DNA of 56,619 bases from Macrostomum lignano (lineage: Eukaryota), in contig NIVC01004176.1 of assembly GCA_002269645.1 (NCBI GenBank), positions 1 through 56,619 on the forward strand. Reading direction: 5' to 3'. Below are positions 47,091 through 56,619 of this stretch, in pieces. The number at the start of each line of letters is the position of its first letter. Position 1 is the first letter of the stretch. The position numbers and the translations under genes were made by a program. The notes below the pieces were generated by a model that had not been told where the DNA came from, did no database searches, and worked only from the letters and a program-made list of their open reading frames with translations.

Positions 47091-49289
47091 GTGAGTTCGT
47101 CAACCATTGCAACAGCTCATGTGAAAAGAAATGGGCTCAGTGCTGAGCGCTTCTCATCGCTGTCTTGACAGAAAACAGTTTTAATCAGCAAATTTTAAAA
47201 CGAGTCAAATACATATTTAGCAAATATGAACGGATGCTAAGCTGTACAGTAGCTACAGCTGATTTCACGTTGATTTGGATTGCTTAGGCTCATCTGAAAC
47301 TATCAGCCAAACTGCGAACTTCCAAAATCTTTTGATTCAGCACGTACGCTCGTATTTTAGATTTTTTCTTACTCATTACAGCAGTTTTTGCGCTTTCAGT
47401 TTCTCTCCAACAGCCACACTGGCTGCCTGAGAACCCTGCAAGCTTCATCTAATGACGATATGGGATTTAGCTGACCCTGATCACAGAATATACACAGAAT
47501 AGCGATTCGGCAGTTCTCTATGAAAGCGAAAATAAATGCACTTGCACTACTAACGTTGTGAAGCTGATAAGTAGTTGCGATTTTTTTAACGCGAAGTTGA
47601 ATGTAAAAGTCGAGCTCAAGATAGCCTTTGAAAGCTTTGAGTCGTCGTTTTGACGCTGCAGATGAATGCTGCGCTATCATTGTAATTAATTTGTTCATAA
47701 TGGTGCGTGCGCAAAGTCATGAGCAGTAGTAACAGTGTTATAACCTCATTGCCATATATATGTAAGCTAAAAAATAAAAGTAACAAACATATAACAACAG
47801 GTTAAGTTTTAGCCCTGCACGCAAGGCAGGAAATGCCAGGCGCAACAGAAATTGCAAATCTCATGCAATCACACTCATCCTCTTGAACTTCCTTGATTGC
47901 TCACTGCAAAATGCTCGCCCGTGCTTTCTCTCCTGAGCCGCAATCCTGCGCCCATTGCAGCAATGGTGTAAGCGCAGCTTCGAAAACAGCCTCGCAATGC
48001 CCATCACGCATCTCTCTGAGTGCTCAGCGCAATGAGTCGCAATATGTTGCAATCGGCCAATAATTTGCTGATTCTGTGTGACACACCAGCAGGCATGAAC
48101 TTTGTCACTTCCAGCAATTTGAATTGGCGTTCCATCTCAGTGACAGCTCTGATTGTAGAGTGTTCTACCTCCCTCAAAAAGTGATAAAATTGTTAACGTA
48201 CTACTTACTAGTAGTAAGACAAGTAGCATGTATAAGAATAAGCGTTGAATCACATATATATTTTAATCAACCAATCAGAAGAGCGAAAAATCAGACATAT
48301 TATTTTTAGCAACCAACCAATCACGTGTGACCTATATTTGTCAGTTCAAACCCCACCTACGATTCATCATTCGGCTTGCACCCGGATGAACCAATCAAAG
48401 GTATCTAAAAATAGCTCAGCTACGGTAACAATCATGCGCGCTTACACTCGACTAGTTGCTTAACTTTCTACCCTGTCATGCTTGACAGCAACCAAAGCGT
48501 GACCCTTTGACATTTACGAAAAAGGTGATGGACGAGAGAGGTCCATTTGCCTATAAATACAAGTGGTCCGAAGCGGACCCGGAGCCAACTCCTGACGATA
48601 GGAGAAGCTCCGAAGAGGAGCCTTAGGAGGACTTCCTGATCACCAAGTCAATCGAGACTCGGTCGAGTTGTTGCGGTAAGCCTTGCTCATTTGCGCCCGT
48701 GGTTTGAGTCGACTCACCATTGTGATAGTGTTAGAGTCTGTTGAGACTTAAGGATCTATTAGAGGATCTAGATCTTAGATTTAGAGGATCTAGATTAAGA
48801 TTTAGAGGATTTAAATCTTAGAGGATCTATTAGAGATTACCGGAGCAATACCTAGAGTACATTGAGGCACTACTAGAAGGAGAAGGCTTAAGTGAAACCG
48901 CAGATCGGCGCAGGGTACCCATTGTTGGCACGAGGCCTCTGATTGGTCCTGACTGCAGATACCGGCCGGAAACAAATTCATCGGAAGTAAAAGAAGATAC
49001 AGGACCAGATCGACCGATTCTAGACGTCTACACTTCCTGAAGGAAAGGAACGCAACAGATTGCGAGAACAACTCATTGGACGAGAACTACAAGGAGATCT
49101 CTCAAACCGGACTCAAGGTAACATATACCTTCATTTGATAACTGGGTTGCCTAGCAAAGTAGCTAGAAGTAATTGTTCCTTGATTACTGAGAGGGTCTTG
49201 GTAGTAAGGAACACATCATGATAACTGCTCGGCTTGGAATGACTAAGCTGTCATTGCACTTGCACTTCAGTCGCAGGAAGCGTGTCCGA

Positions 49290-49652
49290 TCAAATTGCTC
49301 CCTTCAGTTCTTGCTGGCACACCTCACACTTGCACTCGGTTTCAAAGAAGCGGAACAGCAACCAACCGCCGACATATGCGTACTTCTCGTGATCTAAGTC
49401 ATCCGATGTAGCAAAGAGCTCATCACCTGTGTCTGTGAGATCTGAGTCAAGTGTTGCTCTGAATGGTGGACTGGATCTGGAGCTTCTTGGCTCACTGCAG
49501 CCTTGGATGCTCTCTGGCTGCTGCAAACCGGTGAAATCTAGTGCCCGGCGGACACTTGTCGGCGTAGTTGAGGCATCCGTACGCAGCGCACACTGAAGCC
49601 TCGAAGCAGACGTAGTCATGCAAAACAGTATCACAATAAGCTGCGTATTCAA
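49290..49652 (-). mobile_element. Possible P-element transposase C-terminal remnant
   Basis: KYAYVGGWLLFRFFETECKCEVCQQEL resembles the Y(I/V)(A/G)G(Y/W)...C..C motif at the C-terminus of P transposases. Confidence 0.4.
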
Positions 49653-49662
49653 ACTCTAGCAG

Positions 49663-50191
49663 GGGCCTATTTCATAAAGCACTTGTCGGACAAATTACAA
49701 GTGACAAGTGACAATTCCTCAAAATAATGCGTTTCATAAAAACAAGCTGCAACTTGACGAATCGACAAGTTACAAGTGACAAGTGACAAGCGAAATTTGA
49801 CAAATTACAAGCGCTCCTTCGGGGGTTTCGTCCATAGACATGCACTAAGCTGGATGCTTCTGTGAGAAAATACTTCCTCTTGTCTTGTGTTTTTGACAAG
49901 TCGCTGTGACACTTGTAGCTTTATTAAAGCTGTGTATTCAAGCCCGAAAAGAACGCAGAGGCCGTCTTGAAAGCAAGTCTGTCTAAAACTCAGATCCTAA
50001 AATTGTGGTCTGTGGTCTAAAGGCTGGATCGATTTCATATGGTATCTCAACCATAGACATAAAATTGAGTTATTTTTAACACGAGCAAGGACCCATGTTT
50101 ATGAAACCAAAATCGTTGACACTTGTCACTTGTCACTTGTCATTTGTCGACTTGTCACTTGTCACTTGTAGTTTCTTTGTGAAATCGGCCC
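49663..50191. mobile_element. PIF/Harbinger-type MITE (529 bp)
   Basis: TIR GGGCCTATTTCATAAAG / CTTTGTGAAATCGGCCC; 3-bp TSD CAG at 49660-49662 and 50192-50194; subterminal ACAAGTGAC repeats inverted at the two ends. Confidence 0.8.
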
Positions 50192-50924
50192 CAGATATGC
50201 CTTCGGTATTAGCACTTTTGTAGCCAAACCTAGCTTCAGCAGCACTAGCTTGTGCCATTAAGAATGCAATACAACAAATGCAGTCTAGCGCGATCAAAAA
50301 TGCATTTGACCTGCATGCTTTCATGCCACAAGCTCGTGCTAGAATACCCAAGGCATGCTGTCTATGGCACTAACTTAGAGCGCAGAGGCAGCAGAAGCCA
50401 GGGCCAGCCTTAAGGTAGTTTCTAAAAATAGAACAGTTGTCCGATGCGTTCCTATATTCTGTGGGACAAACCCGCAATAAATGGCAAAGAATTGGTAAAG
50501 TGCCATTCAGCCTACTTAGTCTTTTTTCACAACAAGAGTAGCAAGTATAGAATATCATTCTTGTGCAAGAAATTTTCTCACAAGATTCGCCATTCTGGGT
50601 ATATTCTGTGACCCTGATTGTGCCGCAGGCGAGATAAGTCAGCAAGGTGAATCGACAAACATTTGCTTGAATGCCTGTATGAATCTGAGCAGACTGTTAA
50701 CTGACTCCGTGACCTGTTGTGTTCTGCTTGAGTAAATCCAACATACTCATTTTCAACCTCTGGCATGCTTTCTGCTGTTGGCTGTCAGCTATCATGCACT
50801 AATGTAAAGAAAATGATTTTACGCTCGTAAACTTTATAATCATATTTATATAAATAAAGAAAAAATTATAAAGCTTTTACTTGCAGCATTCTTTGAAACC
50901 AGCGGCGCAGCCAGGAATTCGGGT

Positions 50925-51290
50925 CTTCCGACCTTCCAGTCTTCCAGACTTTTAGTTTCCCAGTCTTCCAGCCTTCAAGTCTTCCGGTCTCCCAGTCTTC
51001 CAGCCTTCCAGTCTCCCCGTCTCCCAGTCTTCCTGCAATCAGGTCTTCCAGGCTAGTCACCCGGTCTTCCTGTCATCGATTCTTCCAGTCGTACGGTTCT
51101 CCAGTCTTTTGATCTTTTTTCTGGTCTTCCAGTCTCCCGTTCTTCCAGTCGTACGGTTCTCCAGTCTTTTGATCTTCCTTCTGGTCTTCCAGTCTCCCGT
51201 TCTTCCAGTCGTACGGTTCTCCAGTCTTTTGATCTTCCTTCTGGTCTTCCAGTCTTCCATCTTCCAGTCTTCCATCTTACAGTCTTCCGC
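50925..51290. repeat. CCAGTCTT-based repeat with a 60-bp higher-order unit (about 3 copies)
   Basis: Read directly. Confidence 0.85.
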
Positions 51291-51730
51291 TCTTCCAAGT
51301 CGCGGTGCAGGTATTGCAATTAAAGCGGATCTGTCCAGCTCTGATAAATTTGTTCAGGAGCAAAGGCGTCGCCATGCTATGACAATTATTAGGTTTTTAA
51401 GCTTCCTAGTAATATTAAAAAAAGTGTAGCCGACAAAACTCTTTAAACTAAATCATAAAAACTGTGACTTTGTGTGCAGGTTTAAAAATTACACAAGGCT
51501 AAAGTGCAGCGTCGGTTAAACAACTTTGAACAACTCAGAATAACTTTGCATGCTGGATAAAATATCACAATTAGGGGCGTTTAACTAAACAGCATACACT
51601 TCAGAATCCAAAAAAATCGATTAAACTAAAAACACGCTATTGTGCATACAAAACAAAATCAATGCTCAAAAACTATACATGTACGAGCGTAGTTGCAATG
51701 AGTCAAAGGTCCCTAGTCACTAAAGAGTCA

Positions 51731-54550
51731 CTAAGACCTTGATGCCATAACGGTAGTAGCAGGGTTATTGGTGTAGAACTGGATGTTGTTCTCTGCCTCG
51801 GGCCTCGCGTACACTGCGTACAGCTTCGGAGCGAACAGGATCGACAGCAGCAGCGCGTGCGTGAGGCTGGACGAGAACGCAAGCAGCAACATTGCGGTAG
51901 TCAGAGAGCTGGCCGAAAGAGCGGACGGAACGAACGCCGACCACAAGAAGAGGCCGGACACTCCGCAAGCCAGGATGCACTTGGTGTCGTGAAAGTTGTC
52001 CGGAAGCGATCGGGTCTTCAGCGACAGGCCGCACGTGACAGTCAGGATCAGCAGGTTGCAGCACAGCGGAGTCCAGAATGCCGTGGTCGCGATCACGCAG
52101 TTCTTCTCCACGACTGGTCGGACCGAAGGATCGGTCACAAGCTGCTTGAGCTCCGAGCTCAGTGGTCGGAACACGGTCACTCCGCTAAGCAGCAGGCACT
52201 GCAATGCACCGCATGGATGGGTTCTAATCTCATTTGCTGGTGCGTGTCATATGCTCGTAGCTACACATTTGTCCTACAGCATGTCCTGCGTTTGTCCTAC
52301 AGCATGTCCTGAATTTGTCCTACAGCATGTCCTGCATTAATCTTTAGAGCATGTCATGCATTTGTCCTACAGCATGTCCTGCATTTGTCCTACAGAATAT
52401 CCTGCATTAATCTTTAAAGCATGTCCTGCATTTGTCCTACAGCATGTCCTGAATTTGTCCTACAGAATTTCCTCACCATTCCGAAAATGACTGCGGCCAG
52501 CATCATCAGCATCGGCTTCTGTCGCGCGAGCCAAGGTACCGGACGACCCACTCTGGATGCAGAGAAGATCAGATGGACGCGAAGGGTCTTCACCAACTGA
52601 CTCGCGTAGCAAGCAGTCAGGCTGAGCTGGAATGCGCAGTTCAAAGCATTGCACATTACGTGCGAGCTGTCTACAGCGAACAGACCGAGACACGCTAGAC
52701 CGAGGAGGTTCCCACACATGCACGTGACGGACAAGTGTATCGACGAGGCCTTGATGAGCTTGTGGTGTCGACGGTTGATGAACAGAGCGAGCACGACGAC
52801 CAGGAAGATCGAGAGTAGAGCGAGACATGCCAGCAGCACAGGAAACTGCAGTCCGTCTCTCCACGCGTACACCGGTATCGACTCGCAGCTCAGCCGGTCT
52901 TGACTGGGCCAGTGAAACTCCGAACACGACAGACACGACTTGCCATCATCCGACACGATCTCCTGCTTGAAGCACGGCTTGCACGTAAAGCAGCAAGCAT
53001 CTGTCTCCAACTTGATTTCGCCAGCACTGCACGGAGCACTGCAGAATGACTTTGGCAGTTCCGACTGAGCTGCATGCTGATCGGAGCTCGAGTTCTGCCA
53101 CCATCGAATAGGTGTGAGGTCGCTCAACGTAAGACCGGCTGACTCCATCCACGTTCCGACCTTCACCAACTGACCGTCCGGCTGCTCCTGACGAATCTCG
53201 TAGGCCGGCGATCCGTCACCGCTCGAGTCGAAGCTCACGTTTCCGGTTCGCATGAAAGGGAAGCTGGAGTTCGCAAGCAGCTTCATCACCTTCGGACCTG
53301 TGACACATGCACTCACAGCCGTAACATTCGGCCACTTTGTCGCGCAATCGATCAGAGCGACACGCTCGATACACGAGACCAGAATGTTGATTGAGTCCAG
53401 AAGTCTTGCGACAGGAGCCACCTCAGAGTCGATTGATAGACTCGACTTTGAGCCGACTCTACAACTGCCGTCAGAGCAGCACGATGCAGCGCTATCCAAT
53501 GTGCAGTTGAACAGAAGTCGGAGCAGTTGTTCGCCGAACGGATAGCCGAGGACCTCAGATCCGTTCAGTGAGTGGTAGAACTGGATGAGGTCGGGCGTGG
53601 CGAACTTTGTAAACGAGGTATAGATGGCACCCGTGGTGAAATGTTTGTAGGCAACGGAATTCGCATCCGTTGTGATGATAACTCCTTTTCTGCTACTTAT
53701 CGCTTGGAGTAAGAATTCTGGAATGCTACTAAAGGTATCAAATACAAGAAAGCCACGCAGGTGGGGGTACTGACTCATCTGGGTGTCAACATCCTCCTTT
53801 GTCAAAAACATGTTGATAGGTAAAGTGAAAGCCACGCACACTGTCTGACCGAATTTGCTACTTTGCTGAAGCAGTAGACGCGTGTTCTGGAGCAGTCCTC
53901 TATCGTACACATCGTCTCTGTGCACGATTCCTACCATGGTCCAGTTGAAGTACTGCACGAGGTGTACGACTGCCTTGGCCTGGTAGCTGTCGGGAGCTAC
54001 TTGACGGAACACGTTGGGTAGAGCGTCTTGTCCGATAGAGCATCGCTGCTGCACTCGTTTCCGACCTGCGGCATGGAGTAGAGAGACAGCTGACGGGACA
54101 CCAGCTGCGTCTCGCTGCTACGCCAGCCCGACACGACGGCATGAACGAAGTAGAACTTTTCTCCGAGGCTGGACACTACCTGGTCGCAGAATCCGGCAGC
54201 CGCATCAGCGGTCGGGTGTGTCCATGCCGGCCTAATCCGCTTCAGCATGTCCACCAGACGACGGTCCAGGTAGCACGGATCAAGATGGAGCAGACCGAGG
54301 CGGAGATTGCGACTGGTCCATTTCGCATTGATGAGTTTAGCAGCGTAGTGCGGTGCCAGATTGCGTAGAAAGATGGATTCTGTGAGCTTCGCTCCAGGTG
54401 TGTCGCAGTAGAACTGTGTGCTCTCTAATACGGCTAAATTAATTATTCCGCTTGGGATGCACAGTTGCTGTCCGGGAAGGTACGTGACAGTTTGAGATGC
54501 AAGTCAAGAACTAGAGTATAAGCAATTGCAGCTGCTGTCAGTGAAGTCAT
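51731..54550 (-). CDS. Class C GPCR (mGluR-like), copy 2; complete 7TM, with apparent 1-nt frameshifts
   Basis: Exons 54550-52477 and 52198-51731. TM5-7 present (KTRSLPDNFHDTKCI, LFAPKLY). ATG 54550 gives MTSLTAAAIAYTLVL..QTVTYLPGQQLCIPSGIINL after a 1-nt correction; a second 1-nt loss lies at about 54016. Confidence 0.85.
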
Positions 54551-55379
54551 ACTTACTGTCTCTGCTACGAAGGGCGGATACTTAGCAGGATTTTTCTTAT
54601 GACTTAAGTATCAAATCGGGAAGCCACGCCCATGCCCTCGGCAACCAATAAAGCGTGAGGCCTTAATCAGTGCAATCGATTGGCAACGTTTGGTTTCAAT
54701 TTCTTCCGTCGTGCAAGCTCGATCTGCACAAGGAATTTCAGAGCAATTAAAATTTAAACTCATGGATTTTCGATAAAAGCCTTTAAGACTAGATTGATCG
54801 CAGCAGAGTATATTGATCGATGAGAATTATTGACTGTGCTCTCAAAACTCAATTTGTTTCTGCTTCATGCACGAGCTCGCATTATTGCAAGAAGTGAAAT
54901 CGAGGAGCATCAAAAGAAGGAAATCGTTGGTAAATCTTTTTAAAAACGTTTTTTGTTACATTTTTTAAAACCCACAGGGATCAGCTTTTCAGCTACCTTT
55001 GATAAACGAAAATAGTTGATAATTTTTCTCGTATTTTTTCTAGTCAGTCAATGTTTACGAAATCGATTCAGTGAGTTAAACCGACATATTCACAGGCCAT
55101 TTGCTGTTGTCAACCCGAGGTTCTCGAAGGTCAATGACATTTAAGAAATCATTGACTGTCGCTCAGCTCAGCTCAAGGTGACAAGGTGATAAGATAACAC
55201 GATTGGCTCTGTCACTCTGACACGCAACTGATAACGACTGATTTCAACGTAAAATGCACCGCTATTGTTCTCACTTGGGAGTTCATGGTTGACAATATTT
55301 TGTTGAACCCTTTTTAATATGAGACGCTATGCCAGCCTTTAAGTACACGCTCTTCAGACAGTTCACGCATTCCACGATG

Positions 55380-55660
55380 CAATAATAATAATAATAATAA
55401 TTGGTTACACCTGCCCTAATGAGCAGATGTGCAACCGACAGCTCAGCCGCAGCTGAAGGCTGCTTACGGCTGTTCAGTCCAGGAACTGGGGGTCGCCACA
55501 CACACCCTAAACTACCCAGCGAGTTCTGGTGCCCATTTTACAGCTGGGTGAACTGAAGCAATGCAGAGTTCAGCGTCTTGCTCAAGGACACAAATTGTTC
55601 CGAGTGTGGTCGAGAATCGAACCCCGACCTTTCAGTCGTGAGTCCAACGCTCCAAAAACT
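55380..55660 (-). mobile_element. tRNA-derived SINE with a CORE-like central domain and (TTA)n tail
   Basis: Minus strand: B-box GGTTCGATTC; TGTGTCCTTGAGCAAGACGCTGAACTCTGCATTGCTTCAGTTCACCCAGCTGTAAAATGGG resembles the MIR/CORE consensus; ends in TAT repeats. Confidence 0.8.
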
Positions 55661-56167
55661 AGACTAAAACCCCTCACTAGGCTACAACCCGGTGTAACTG
55701 TAGAAATTTTTTGTGAACATACGCTTGGGCTAAATTAACAAACAATTAAAATTAAGACTCCCAGTTCTCATCGACTATTTGAATGCGGTTAGCTTTGAAT
55801 TTTATAGAACAAAAAATTGTTATTAATTGTAATTTATACTTAATTTTTGCTTTTTCGACCACTAATTTCACTCTCTCTGACTAGAGCTGTGGAGATATCA
55901 GGAGCTTCCTTCGCCAGGCAGTATAGCCCAGGGTTTTACCGAGAGCTGCATGATTTTATCACGACTCTACAAGCTGACTAAATCCATGTTGTAACAGCTG
56001 ATTCAATTTTCGAGTTCACACGAGAAGAAAATGTAGCGGGCGTGGCTTGTACACGTATGCTGGAGTCGAATTTTAGGGAATTTTTTATACAGGATAATCT
56101 ACTGTAAAATTGAGAGTTGCCCTCAAAGATGTCAAGAGGCAGATGGACATAAAAGAAGGGGGCTCCG

Positions 56168-56285
56168 AACGGGTGACTACTGACAGACGGGTGACTACTG
56201 ACAGACGGGTGACTACTGACAGACGGGTGACTACTGACAGACGGGTGACTACTGACAGACGGTGACTACTGACAGACGGGTGATG
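56168..56285. repeat. 18-bp tandem repeat (ACGGGTGACTACTGACAG), about 6 copies
   Basis: Read directly. Confidence 0.9.
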
Positions 56286-56619
56286 GACAGCGTCTGCAAC
56301 CTTCTGACCGCCAAGCAGGAAATATCGAGTGACTTCCTTGAACCTCGAGAGCCAATTCAATCAAATTTCAGCGTTGAAACAAGTCAGTGAGTTTGTCACA
56401 AAATTGAGACATTGAGAGTATATTTTCATTCCAAGATGACTGAGCAGATGTCAGCAAGTACAAGATAAATTTTATTGCAATCGATTAGACTGATGGAGCC
56501 ATCAAAATCTTAAAGTCTATAAAGATATCTTTCTGGCAACGACAACATTATCATTATTTCTTCGCGTGTTAATGTCTTTTTGACCATGCGCCTAATTTAC
56601 TTCAGTACCTCCTCAAGCT

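Noticed and set aside
48474-49123. Solo LTR (TG...CA ends, TATA-like CCTATAAATA)
   Set aside because: No matching target-site duplication and no second copy in the window; unsupported without a repeat-library search.

Overview
Eukaryotic (metazoan) genomic DNA: GC-rich exons, GT-AG introns packed with minisatellites, and many transposon remnants. The style resembles a free-living flatworm such as Macrostomum (inference, not verified). Genes from left to right: (1) a Cys-loop/nicotinic-receptor-like gene with lesions (+); (2) an 8-exon secreted protein with two VWA domains and three 4-Cys modules (-); (3) an uncharacterised 3-exon gene (-); (4) GAR1 and NOP58 side by side (-), with a 12x CRE-containing repeat between them; (5) an intronless PAN/LamG-like protein (+); (6) a 6-exon, highly divergent type II pantothenate-kinase-like gene (+) plus a decayed paralogue; (7) two class C (mGluR-like) GPCR copies (-) that are near-identical over 2.3 kb but have diverged N-termini. 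Mobile DNA includes two P-element-like copies (8-bp TSDs), hAT and Harbinger MITEs, a CORE-like SINE and LINE fragments. The most striking item is an RTE-like retrotransposon with the full geometry of twin priming: inverted 5' half, flanking TSD and a 15-bp breakpoint overlap. Its inversion junction is amplified into a 37 x 17-bp satellite. Several frameshifts are 1-nt homopolymer contractions and are probably long-read assembly errors.
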